Positions 1 through 11,959 of a stretch of DNA of 64,000 nt are shown in pieces. Position 1 is the stretch's first letter. Each line of letters opens with the position of its first letter. The stretch comes from Octopus sinensis (lineage: Eukaryota): contig NC_043002.1 in assembly GCF_006345805.1 (NCBI RefSeq), positions 65,968,001 through 66,032,000 of the forward strand. Direction: 5' to 3'. A program made the translations under genes and the position numbers. Under the pieces are notes generated by a model. That model was given only the letters and a program-made list of their open reading frames with translations. It did not search any database and was not told the DNA's origin.

Positions 1-72
1 TTATTATATTATTTTATTATTATTTTATTATTATTATTATTATAATTATTATTATTATATTATTATTATTAT

Positions 73-595
73 TGAGTGAGGGAGCAGTGCATGCCATCAA
101 AGTGACACTGGGCCAAAATATAGGAAACCCAGTCTGATAAGGGTACACCAGACACATGCATCACAACCATATGTGCGCGACATGGTGATCTCATATCAAG
201 ATAAACACCTTGCAGGTGGGGCCCAGTTAGAATTTTCTTCTGGTCGAGTAACGCATCCCACTCAAAAGGTCCCTGAATAAGGATTGTTTAAGGATGTTGA
301 ACGAACCACCCATGTTTCCAGAGGTGAATTATCCAAACCTCTAAGAATTCCTTTCAACACACGGTTATGATGCTCCCCCACTACTTCTGCTCGGGATCAG
401 AGATGCACATATCGTCAGCCACTAAGGGACATGGTCAACTGGTTAAGGTCAAACAACTGACAAGTAATTCTGTGGTATTGAGCAAAATATTTGCTGTAGC
501 CCATCTTTTATACCAAGACAAAACAATGTAGATGATAACACTTCCAATCAGTTAAGATCAGAAGCCATGAGAGCCACTGTCTGGTACTGCATCAT
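73..595 (-). mobile_element. ~500-bp interspersed repeat, probably a LINE 3' UTR ending in an (AAT)n tail
   Basis: Homologous copies at 4588-5062 and, partially, 51356-51530. All begin GAGTGAG(A/G)GAGCA..CATGCCATCAAAGTG directly after (ATT)n. Confidence 0.7.
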
Positions 596-603
596 CATTA
601 TTA

Positions 604-654
<51 letters not shown>

Positions 655-802
655 AGCAGTTTTCTTTTGCCTGGCAACTGTGACGAAAGAGATTGTCTGG
701 TGGATGAAGTTGAAAAGCATAAAGACAGAGACCTTCTTCTTTGGTTGAGCCCTTACCGACTTTTTCAAGTTTCATTTGGCAAGAAAAGGGAGGTGCTGTT
801 TT
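655..802 (+). mobile_element. Tx1/L1-clade LINE ORF2 C-terminal fragment
   Basis: Reads WMKLKSIKTETFFFG*ALTDFFKFHLARK, homologous to the Tx1-like fragments at 5176 and 13262. Confidence 0.6.
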
Positions 803-1106
803 TGAGCATTCTTTCCCATAAACTGAGTGTATGTTTCGAGTCGCTTCGGCTACAGAGTTTCCTTTTTTGTACTCATAAAGCATTATGTGCCTTAAATGCT
901 CTTTGGATACTTCCATGTTAGTTAGAAAGGGTTTTAATTAAAGAAATTTAAATTCTATTATTCTGTGAAATAATATTTAATTAGTTTAAATGTACACAAA
1001 TGCATAAAAATAATTTTTAATTCCATTAGACATTCTAAAATACTATTAAATTTCATTCAATTTTAAAAAAGGTAAAATCGGACAGAACATATGGGATGAC
1101 CTGATA
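803..1106 (-). mobile_element. Mariner transposon 5' fragment (TIR plus transposase N-terminus)
   Basis: MEVSKEHLRHIMLYEYKKGNSVAEATRNIHSVYG is a mariner HTH N-terminus. TIR TA|TCAGGTCATCCCA at 1092-1106 resembles the TIRs of the element at 62329. Confidence 0.8.
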
Positions 1107-1472
1107 GTTGTCTCAATATTTTTTATCATACGTAATGCGCCTACTATGATAGGAATTGTTTCTGTTTTTAGGCTCCACATTTGAGTTACTTCTATTTCCA
1201 GGTCTTTGTATTTTAAAAGTTTCTCCTTTTCTTTTAGAGAAACATTGTCATCTGACAACTATACCCGGCCTTAATTTCTCTATCTGTGTGTATTGGCATA
1301 TCCTGAAGTATGGTTACTTTCTCATTTTCTGTGACCTTTTCTAGAGTGTGCCTATACCATCTTTTCTCTGTTGTTATTCCATAGTGTTGGCATAGCTTCA
1401 AGTATATATAGGTCCCAACTCTATCGTGTCTGTGAACATATTCCTTCTTAGCCAGGACTGGGCAGCCAGAGA
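1107..1472 (-). mobile_element. R4/Dong-like non-LTR retrotransposon, RLE endonuclease fragment
   Basis: SGCPVLAKKEYVHRHDRVGTYIYLKLCQHYG...DDNVSLKEKEKLLKYKDLEIEVTQMWSLKTETIPIIVGAL; has internal deletions. Confidence 0.8.
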
Positions 1473-1509
1473 CATTATTATTATTATTATTATTATTATA
1501 TTATTATTA

Positions 1510-1555
<46 letters not shown>

Positions 1556-1584
1556 TCATCATCATCATCATCATCATTATAATT

Positions 1585-1647
<63 letters not shown>

Positions 1648-1671
1648 GTTATTATTATTATTATTATCATT

Positions 1672-2115
1672 GCCTTAGCACAGCTTCTAAAGCTGGAGAT
1701 GTACTACAGAGTCAGCTGTTCACTACCAGCGAACTAAGGTAACACCTCATATTTTTCGGGCATCTTCCGGAGTATTGGACCGGTTCCAAGCAGTACTGTT
1801 TTCTGCAAGTGCTCCACTCTTATTGAAGCCCCTATTTGTTTCACGTACTTCTCGAAATTTTTGCTCACTGTTCCCAGGGCTCCGACAATTATTGGTACTA
1901 CTGCTATCTTTTTCCTCGACCACAACTGCTTAACTTCCCAAGCTAAATTGTCATACATATCGACTTTTCTTTCTTCCTTATTGCATACCTTGTTGTCAGC
2001 TGGGCATGCTATATCTATGATTCAGCATAGTTTGTTTCCTTTCTTAATTAAGACTATGCCTGGCTTCCTATTCTATTTTCACTATGTCTGGCTTCCTATT
2101 CTATTATTATTTTCT
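1672..2115 (-). mobile_element. Second R4/Dong-like LINE 3' end with (AAT)n tail
   Basis: RKPGIVLIKK..IIDIACPADNKV..YDNLAWEVKQLWSRKKIAVVPIIVGALGTVSK..LQKTVLLGTGPILRK (PD..D RLE motif), then a short 3' UTR and microsatellite tail. Confidence 0.8.
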
Positions 2116-2123
2116 GCCACCAC

Positions 2124-3285
2124 TTGAACCAAACAGGGATGTGTTTTAGCCCCTGTACGTTTTTTCATGTTCTTTTCAATTATGCTCCAACATGCTTTCG
2201 GGGATAACTATGAAGGAATAAAATTTCAGTTTCGCACAGAAGGAGGTTTATTAAACCTGAAAGGGCAAAGTTCCAGGTCAAAGAAAAAGACAAAGGAAGA
2301 GATCTTGCGTGACTTTCTGTTTGCTGATGATTGCGCTTTGATTTCTCACACATTTGAGGGGATTCAGGAAACGGTCGACAGGTTTGCTGCGGCAGTTCGT
2401 GCATTTAGACATCAAATTCGTGCATATCAACATCAAGAAGACTGAAGTTTTATTCCAACGATGGGCTGGGACAGGACATACTCAAAACTCAAACGTGATT
2501 ATAGATAAGGCACCCAAATGAGTCAGGTCATTTAAATATCTTGGAAGTACAGTAAACTTTAAGAGTACTTCCGATGATGAAATCAATGCTAGAATAACTA
2601 AGGCAACAAGTGCTTTTGGAAGACATTCCCATCGCTCGTGGGATGAACATGATGTCAGTCTGAAAACTAAAATAAGTGTATACAAATCTTGTATTTTGAG
2701 CACACTTTTGTATGGTGCAGAAGCATGTACTCCTTACTACAGACATAAAGAAACTTGAAACCTTCCACATGTGTTGTTTGCACAACATATGCAACGTAAA
2801 ATGGGAAGATAAGACATCCAATGCCAAAATCTTAGAAAACATGCGATATCTTCAGTATCCAAAGCAAGATGATGCGAATTCGATGCAGATGGGTAGGACA
2901 TGTTGTTTGGATGAAAAATGACCGCATTCCAAAAATTCTTCTGTATGGCCAACAAGTGGAGAGATATCACAACAAAAGTAGACCTCTCTTTGAATACAAG
3001 GGTAATTGAAGCAATCACTAAAATCTTTACAGCTTAACCTGACACTTTGGATAAAGTCGTTGCCAGGATCGATCTGCATGGCGTCAAGTGTGTCACGATG
3101 CATCCAAACAATTTGAGTTGAAGAAAAAGAACAATAAATGAATTACATCTCACAACCAACAGACGCACTTGCCCAGTCCCAGGCAAACTCAAAATCATTA
3201 ATGTTTCCATTGCAATTTCATAGCAAAATCTATACCTAGACTCAAGTTACATTCACGCATCTATCACAAACAGAAGCGGCTTTTT
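2124..3285 (+). mobile_element. RTE-clade LINE reverse transcriptase fragment (decayed)
   Basis: QGCVLAP..FFSIML..FRTEGGLLNL..LRDFLFADDCAL, FKYLGS, LLYGAEA, LETFHMCCLHNICNVKWEDK across several frames, with frameshifts and stops. Confidence 0.85.
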
Positions 3286-3397
3286 CGTGTTATTTTTTCT
3301 TTTCTTCTTTTTTTTTCTATTACTCTCTTTAATCTTAAGTCCACTCCTTCAAACACTCAGACGTCGAAACCGACGGGAGCGACCATCACCATCATCG

Positions 3398-3480
<83 letters not shown>

Positions 3481-3711
3481 GAGGCAGCGAGCTGGCAGTG
3501 TCGTTAGCACGCCGGGCAAAATGCCTAGAGGCATTTCGCCCGTCGCTACGTTCTGAGTTCAAATTCCGCCGAGGTTGACTTCGCCTTTCATCCATCCGGG
3601 GTCGATAAATCAAATACGAGTGAAATTCTGGGGTCGATGTGATCGACTAGACCCCCCTCCCCAAATATTCGGACCTTTTGCCTATAATAGAAAGGATTAT
3701 TATTATTATTA

Positions 3712-3759
<48 letters not shown>

Positions 3760-4149
3760 GGCGGCGAGCTGGCAGAAAAGTTAGCGCGCCGGGCGAAATG
3801 CTTACAGGTATTTCGTCTACCGTTACGTTCTGAGTTCAAATTCCGCCGAGGTCGACTTTGCCTTTCATCCTTTCGGGGTCGATTAAATAAGTACCAGTTA
3901 AGCACTGGGGTCGATATAATCGACTTAATATCTGTCCTTGTTTGTCCTCTCTGTGTTTAGTCCCTTGTGGGTAGTAAAGAAATAGGTATTTCGTCTGTCT
4001 TTACGTTCTCAGTTCATATTCCGCCAAGGTCGACTTTGCCTTTCATCCTTCCGGGAGTCGATAAATTAAATACCAGTGAAATTCTGGAGTCGATGTAATC
4101 GACTAGTCCCCTGCCCAAAACTTCAGGCCTTGTGCCTATAATAGAAAGG

Positions 4150-4202
<53 letters not shown>

Positions 4203-4404
4203 GGCGCGAGCTGGCAAAATCGTTAGCACGCCGGGCGAACTACTTAGCGTGTGTCTTTACGTTCTGAGTTCAAATTCCGCCGAGGTCGACTTTGCCTTTC
4301 ATCCTTTCGGGGTCGATAAACTAAGTACCAGGTACGTACTTGGATCGATGTAATCGATCTTCCTCCTCCCCCAAATTTCAGGCCTTGTGCCTATTGTAGA
4401 AAGG

Positions 4405-4405
<1 letters not shown>
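3481..4405 (+). mobile_element. Cluster of tRNA-derived SINE family A copies separated by (ATT)n
   Basis: Repeated GGC(G/A)GCGAGCTGGCAG (A box), GAGTTCAAATTCC (B box) and core GTCGACTTTGCCTTTCATCC...GTCGATAAA; units at about 3481, 3758 and 4201. Confidence 0.85.
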
Positions 4406-4463
<58 letters not shown>

Positions 4464-4587
4464 CGTCCTGTGTTTTGTCCCTTTATGTTTTAATTGATTT
4501 CCCTAGCCCTTGTGGCCAATAAACGAACGAATTATTATTATTATTATTATTATTATTAGTATGATTATTATTATTATTATTATTATT

Positions 4588-5062
4588 GAGTGAGAGAGCA
4601 GTTCATGCCATCAAAGTGACACTGGGGTAAAATATACGAAGCCCAATATACCCATCATGACTACCCGTCTGATAAAGGTACACCAGGCACATGCATCACA
4701 ACCATATGTGCGCGACATGGTGATCTCATATCAGGATAAACAGCACATGACCTTGCAGGTGGGGCCCAGTTGAATTTTCTTCAGGTTGAGTAGCCCATCC
4801 CGCTCAAACGGTCCCCGAATAAGGGTTGTTTAAGATGTTGAAAGAACCCCCATGTTTCCAGAGGTGAACTATTCAAACCCCAAAGCATCCTCTCAACCAT
4901 GGCTATGATGCTCCCCCACTACTTCTGCTCGTGATCAGAGATGCACATATCGTCAGCCACTAAGGGACATGCTCAACTGGTTAAGGTCAACAACTGACAA
5001 GCAATCTGTGTATTGAGCAGAATATTTGCTGTATGCCATCTTTTATACCAAGACAAAACAAA
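4588..5062 (-). mobile_element. Second copy of the 73-595 repeat
   Basis: Direct homology along its length to 73-595. Confidence 0.75.
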
Positions 5063-5079
5063 ACATTATTATTAGTATG

Positions 5080-5110
<31 letters not shown>

Positions 5111-5115
5111 GTATG

Positions 5116-5164
<49 letters not shown>

Positions 5165-5175
5165 TATTATTATAT

Positions 5176-5640
5176 GGATAACCTCCAGAAATCCTTGGCC
5201 TAGTTGTGCAGCCAGTGGGGCTTGCCCGAGTTGTACGCGGAGCGATGAAACTGTTCTGCGTGCTCTCATACAGTGTCCATGTACTGCTGACTTGTGGAGC
5301 TTTGTCGAATAGTTATTGCCACGTGTAGGACGGATCTGGCTATCGTCCGAATCTATTGTGAAGATCGCCCCACCTCCTTCTTTTGGCTGGGAAGGGAGAG
5401 CAATTCTACTCTGTCTGGTGGCTATAGCAAAAGAGGTTATGTGGCGGACGCGATTGAAAGGGTTGAAGACGGGTACCTTACTCTTTGGCCACCTGAAAAG
5501 GAAATTGAGACTGCCACCAATTAATTTCGTTGAAAGGTGGGTGAATGTGGCAAGAATGGCCCGCGTGAATGAGCCTACTCTAAGTGTGCGCCTGTAGGCT
5601 GGATGAAAGGGAGAAGAGAGAGTGCCTTCCTGAGGAGCCA
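5176..5640 (+). mobile_element. Tx1/L1-clade LINE ORF2 3' fragment
   Basis: ETVLRALIQCPCTADLW..PRVGRIWLSSESIVKIAPPPSF..CLVAIAKEVMWRTRLKGLKT..HLKRKLR..RWVNVARMARV; remnant of the zinc-knuckle region. Confidence 0.7.
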
Positions 5641-5697
5641 TTGGTTTTAAGGGGTCCAAAGTGCGTGAAACTCTTCCCTATAGGGGAAGCATACTCT

Positions 5698-6311
5698 TTT
5701 CTACTCTAAGCACAAGAACCCGAAATTTTGGGGGAGGAGGTCAGTCGTTTAGATTGAACTCAGTAAGCAACTGCTATATAATTTATCGATCCCGGAAGGA
5801 TAAAAGGGAAAGTCGACCTCGGCGGGATTTGAACTCAGAACGAAGCGGCAGACGAAATACCTATTTCTTTACTACCTACAAGGGGCTAAACACAGAGGGG
5901 ACAAACAAGGACAGACAAACAGATTAAGTCGATTATATCGACCCCGGTGCGTAACTGGTACTTATTTAATCGACCCCGAAAGGATGAAAGGCAAAGTCGA
6001 CCTCGGCGGAATTTGAACTCAGAACGTAACGGCAGACGAAATACGGCTACGCATCTCGCCCGGCGTGCTAACGTTTCTTATTTCTTTACTATCTACAAGG
6101 GGCTAAACACAGAGGGGACAAACAAGGACAGACAAACAGATTAAGTCGATTATATCGACCCCGGTGCGTAACTGGTACTTATTTAATCGACCCCGAAAGG
6201 ATGAAAGGCAAGGTCGACCTCGGCGAAATTTGAACTCAGAACGTAATGGCAGACGAAATACGGCTACGCATTTCGCCCGGCGTGCTAATGTTTCAGCCAG
6301 CTCGCCGCCTT
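5698..6311 (-). mobile_element. SINE family A tandem trimer
   Basis: Three head-to-tail reverse-complement units containing AAAGGCAAAGTCGACCTCGGCGGAATTTGAACTC or close variants. Confidence 0.85.
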
Positions 6312-6446
6312 ATTGGGGAAACATATCGTTACTTTAATCTCTTTGTTAATCGTTGTTTGTTTGCTATTTACACGTTTAACCTTACTGTCCCTCGTCTGTA
6401 TATCCTTCTCTATGTTTTGTATTCGGCCCTATTGGCCAATAAAAAA

Positions 6447-6495
<49 letters not shown>

Positions 6496-7204
6496 CGACC
6501 CAGAGACGAGTGCTTGTTACCCAAAACACTGTCTGCACCGATAACAATATCAACAGTTCTCTGTTATACAAACGGCCGTTGATAACCGTCTGGACAGACC
6601 TTTTAATGATTTCTAATTAACACAATTTCTTTTTAATTATTAAAACAAAAAAACCATTTCTTGTTCGTGTTTCCTTGCTGACGTCAACTTAGCGACCGAG
6701 GCTCAACTTTAACATGGCCTCTCCCCTAACGACCTCTTGTGTTTTTATTGGTGTTGACGTGGTGGTAACAGAGGGATGGTGGTTGCGGTCATGGTTGTGG
6801 TGGCGATGGTGGTGGAGGTGGGAAGGTGTTGTTGTTGTTGTTGTTGTTGTTATTGGTGTTGGTGTTGGTGGTGGTTGCAGCGGCGGTGGTGATGGTTTGA
6901 TTACGGTGGCTGATAAAGGAGAGGCTTATTATTTCCCCTTACATTAACTCTTTAACGTAAAGGAAATGGGAAGAAACTAAGATAAACAATTTGTTGCTTT
7001 CATTTCATATTAAACAATAATAAACAAACAATTCACAGATAAATAAATAAGGATAATAAAGTATTGTTAAGCTCGTTGCTGCAGTTGTTGTTGTCGATGA
7101 TGATGATGATGATGATGTTGATGGTGATACAGTTTAATTCCGGGTTAAATCTTTATTGAGCAAGTCTACAGATTAAAAGCGTATCAAGAAGTGAAAATGT
7201 TTTT

Positions 7205-7575
7205 TTTTTTTACTTGCTTCACTCACTGGACTACGGCCAATTCATCTTTTTTCTTTCATTTTCTGTTTAGTTTCGGCACTTGTTTTATCGGTGTTTTTAG
7301 CCGAACCGCTATGTTACGGGATGTAAACAAACCAATACCGGTTACCAAGCGGAGTTTTGGGGGTACAAACACAAAGATACATACAGATTGATTTGATATA
7401 CATACATATATAAAATTAAAGATCAAAGATTCCTCCCGAACCATAGCCTCATAACGCTGATTTTCCGGTTTCTTTGGTGTATATATTCCCTTCCTTGGAC
7501 GGGACATCGGTCCTTTGCTGGGTTATTCCTTTATGGCCAGCTGAGTGGACTGGAGCAACATGAAACGAAGTGTTT
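7205..7575 (-). mobile_element. Older SINE fragments (family B-like plus a V/CORE-like SINE)
   Basis: GCCGAACCGCTA..TTACGGG..GTAAAC (family B tail) and GACTGGAGCAAC..GCTCAAGAACACAA. Confidence 0.55.
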
Positions 7576-7649
7576 TGCTCAAGAACACAATGCGTCACCC
7601 AGTTGTGTTTTGTAGGAGTATATCTAATTTATTGCACACAATTTTTAAT

Positions 7650-7720
7650 GGGCATATGGCGTAGTAGTTAAGAGCGCGGGCTACTAACACCAAGATTCCG
7701 AGTTCAATTCCAGGCAGTGA

Positions 7721-7755
<35 letters not shown>

Positions 7756-7905
7756 TCGAAAAATACCTTAGGAATGAGAACCCAGGTTCGAAATTTCCCC
7801 AAGACACCTGATGAAGGCTGGAGGGTATATCACCCGAAACGTTGTGTTAACAACAAAGAAGATGAGGAGAAATATCCGTCAAATGTAAATAATGTAAATG
7901 ATGTA
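7650..7905 (+). mobile_element. tRNA-headed SINE-like element (family F) with a hammerhead-containing 3' part
   Basis: A box TGGCGTAGT(A)G, anticodon-like loop CTACTAA, B box GAGTTCAATTCC, internal (AAT)n, hammerhead motif, tail AATGTAAAT repeats. Confidence 0.7.
7803..7848 (+). ncRNA. Minimal type-I hammerhead ribozyme motif
   Basis: GACAC-CTGATGA-A-GGCTG(loop)CACCC-GAA-ACGT-T-GTGTT. Stem I GACAC/GTGTT, palindromic stem III ACGT, one mismatch in stem II. Confidence 0.65.
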
Positions 7906-8039
7906 GTAAAATCTTATATTGACCCCATTTGAGAACTACTGGTTGTGTGGCACAGAGGTGGAATCTTTTTTTCTGGTATGTCGGTAATAAAAGTTTGCAA
8001 CTGAGTAAAGTTACTTAATGCTTGTAACTTTTTATTTTC

Positions 8040-8285
8040 TTGCAGCGTGGAAGGTGTTTATAAGCCATTTAAAAACACGCAAAAACCGTTAGATTCACTT
8101 CAACATTTACATTTCATTTGTCAAAATAGTTTCATCGCTTTGAGATTGTGACCTGTTCACTGACAAAAGTTAGTGAACAAAATGCAGCACGGAATTTTGT
8201 CAGTGAACAGATCTCGATTTCGAAAATATGTCAGATCAGGTCACTTTCTATGCAAGTACATCTTAGTAATTTTATTTTATTAATT
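8040..8285. repeat. Interspersed repeat with an internal 16-bp inverted repeat
   Basis: Homolog at 57845-58050. CTGTTCACTGACAAAA (8153-8168) and TTTTGTCAGTGAACAG (8195-8210) are perfect reverse complements. Confidence 0.7.
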
Positions 8286-8655
8286 TCTGAAAAAAAAAAA
8301 GGATTTGGGTCACAAGTATGCAAATCTACATCTATATAGAATTTTGTTTTAAAAATCAGGTGAAAATTTAAAACACTTCAAGAGATTGGAACATTTTTTA
8401 AATGACACCAATGGCGCAGAATGACGCGAGGTTATGATAGAAGATGATAGTGTAGAGTGGCACAAGGTGACACGTAATTTTAGGTGAGTTAGGATGGCAC
8501 AATGTAGAATGGAATGGTGTAACATGATGTAGGGGGACATAAAGTGACTTACAGGAAATTAAGGCAGAACAGTGTAATAGAGAACAGCGAAAGATATCGT
8601 TAAGTGAATAATGGTGGCGTAACGTGATGCGGTGTGACATAGGGCAGTGTGTCTC

Positions 8656-8727
<72 letters not shown>

Positions 8728-8817
8728 AGTAGGTATGTGCAAATGTATGTATGTGTAAATGTATACATCTTTTAAGTTTTATTTCTTTCTATCCATAGAC
8801 AGTGACCATACTGGGGC

Positions 8818-8862
<45 letters not shown>

Positions 8863-8946
8863 GCTTTTGAGCAATCACCGTGTAATGACTACAGAAAATA
8901 GCCTAATATTGGGGCATATAAGCCCTCGACGGAAAAAGTAGGGTTT

Positions 8947-9018
8947 CCGTGCGCATGGGACTTGAACCCATGACTCTTTGTTTATGCAACAAGTGTGTTA
9001 CCATTACACCAACGCATC
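8947..9018 (-). pseudogene. tRNA-like sequence with CAT anticodon (pseudo-tRNA or repeat-associated)
   Basis: D arm GTGT-AATGGTA-ACAC, anticodon stem 4/5 with loop TGCATAA (G33, non-canonical), T arm ATGGG-TTCAAGT-CCCAT, acceptor stem only 5/7 paired. Confidence 0.55.
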
Positions 9019-9614
9019 CCTGGCTTCTTGCCCTCAGATTTAAAAACTATAATTAATTCATAGTGTTGTCTTTGTAAACAAACATCATGTGCATTTTCTG
9101 CGATGGTTTTTGGTAAGCAGTGTCGATTTTTACAATTCTGTAAATGATAATAATAATGGTAACATTTTTGCTTTTGTTTTGTTTTTCAGGGGGTTGTTGC
9201 CACTATAACACGGTTGTTCTATAAAGAACTATGTTACTACATTTTAACCCCGGGAAAACGTCTTTTCCAGCTAGTTAACGACACACAACCTGTGTTCGAT
9301 ATATTGTTAGTAAAGGAGCGAATCATTCCCTTCTAGCTTAGCAAGACCAGTAGACTATGGTTTCTGACTCTTTACCGTTCATCGGTACTGGATACCTGCC
9401 TGCTAGAGATGACAGTAAATCGTTCCTCCTCACAATATATAAACAGAGAAGCGGCAAACAGTCACTGATCTCGTAGCGAGCAAAGTAGATGGTTTGTGAT
9501 TTTTTTTTTTTCAGAAATAACTAAATTAAAAAGTTACAAGCATTTAAAATCTTACACAATCTTACTTCATTGCCGACATACCGGAGGAAAGATCCCACCA
9601 TTGTGCCACACAGC

Positions 9615-9900
9615 CAGTGGTTCTCAACTGGGGTCAATATTACCCTTAGTGGGGATCCATATAAGATTTTGCTGTTTAAAATTATGTACAATAAATTGGA
9701 TATACTTTCAGAAAACACAAAATACTTTAACAATTTTTAATACGATTCCTAAAATATTTAAGAATAAAACGGTAACAGGATTGTTTAAACATTGAATGCC
9801 TATGAGGGTTCATCCGAGTTACGTAGGAATCAAAGGGGTCTAATAGTGAAAAGGGAATTAAGGGGATTCACAAGTAAAAAAAATGGTTTGAGAAACACTG
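9615..9900. mobile_element. hAT-Charlie-type MITE
   Basis: TIRs CAGTGGTTCTCAA / TTGAGAAACACTG; internal homology to 21625-21882. Confidence 0.75.
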
Positions 9901-10640
9901 CTCCAAGCGATCGCTCAAACTATTAGAAATATCAGTAAACAAGGCCCCGTAAACACTTTCATTACTAAAGTTTGGGTTAATACGGGACTCTAGTGGAGGA
10001 TATTTGTCCGTTTGCCCCAAGGAGCCGCGCAGTGAGATCAAACTCAGAACCACTTGATTGCGAAGCGAACTTCTTAACCATATGGCCATGCGTAAACCCT
10101 AACGCAACCACTCCATGTTTTTATCCATGCGACATTATCCTACGTCATACTATGTTACCCCTGCGCAGGACACCCTGCACGTTGCTCTGATACATGCTCT
10201 TATCCTTTGCCACCCGACATCAGGCAACGCCAGTCTATGTTACATGCTACGTCACGTGACGTCACGTTACGTCACATCCAGTACAGCTGCTAAATCTATT
10301 TCACACCAAGGCTTATCGTTTTTTTTTTTTTCAAATTTTTATTTGTATTTATTGTATGTTTGTGTTTGCGTAAAATCCTACCTGTTTACAAACAGTCACT
10401 CACACACAGACACAGTCACATATGCACAGCTATGCCACACACATACACACACACACATTCGAACACAGACGCACTTCACATTGATGCATGTGTTGATATA
10501 GATATAATAGATATGTCTTTGTACGAGCGTTTGTGTGAATATATGAGTATATGTGTGAGTGTGTTGAATAGAGAGAGAAACACACTCACACACGCACGCA
10601 TATAGATACACTCACGGATATGCCTATACATATTAACATG

Positions 10641-10674
<34 letters not shown>

Positions 10675-10822
10675 CTTGCTAATTCTAGCGAATCATAAAG
10701 CCGGGCAGAATGATTTAAAAGAGGCATGGAATCACTCAAACATCACTTTACTGGGTAACCACCAAGCAAGCTACCAAGACAGAACTGTACACTTTAACCA
10801 AGAAAATCATATACATACATAC

Positions 10823-10855
<33 letters not shown>

Positions 10856-11395
10856 AATACGTTGATAGACAGAGAGATACCAAAACATATGTTTGTATGA
10901 TACAACATATAACTCATACATCTATAATATACACATAACATATACAACATACAATACATTATATAATTTTATTATATACATATCGTGAGCAAAAACAACT
11001 TGTTACAGTTTATAAACATCACATCTGCACAGAATTCTTGCAACGAGCTGTGGTTACTACACTCGCAATAACTTCTACCACTGCTAAAACTACTAGAATT
11101 AATATTGCTACAAATACCATTATTCATAACCGCAAACTTTATAACTACATCTGTTACTAGTGCTACTACTTCATACACTAACTTTTAGGCACACAGTATT
11201 TATATAGGTAGAGATATTCATATATAACTAGAGCTAAGCTCCTCTCATTTTCCGTCACTTTCACCGAACTAAGAACCGGCCGGCCGGCAAAACAACAGCA
11301 GCAGGGATAAAACAGCCGGAATAACAAGTATAAGCACGAGAGATAGAAAGTGCGCGAGCGCATTTGTATAATACATACATACATATACATATATA

Positions 11396-11468
<73 letters not shown>

Positions 11469-11903
11469 AAAGGGAGGAGAGAGGCTTCAAGAAAGAAAGA
11501 GAGAATAGTGGAAATGGGACAGTGTTGATAGCGATACAATTAACAAACATAATTACTACCACTTATTACAACTAATTACAGCAAGCGTTGCAATATTGTT
11601 GATATTACCATCGTCATTATCATTTTTGATATCATTTTAATTACGGTAACAAATAATAACAATAATAATAGTAGTAGAAGTTGCAGCAAGTGTTTTTGGT
11701 ATAACTGTTAGCAGTGGTTGTGATTGTGGTGGTGGTGGTATTGACAGCGGTTATTAACTGAAGCGACAAGGCACCATAACACTGGATTGGTCGGCTGACT
11801 ATTTACTGTGAATCGCCAATGCACGTCTACGAAATTTTACTATCTGTCATAGCAGGCCTAACATTCAGCTGTTTGGCCAGACAAATCCCCGCCGGTAAGT
11901 CAA

Positions 11904-11949
<46 letters not shown>

Positions 11950-11959
<10 letters not shown>

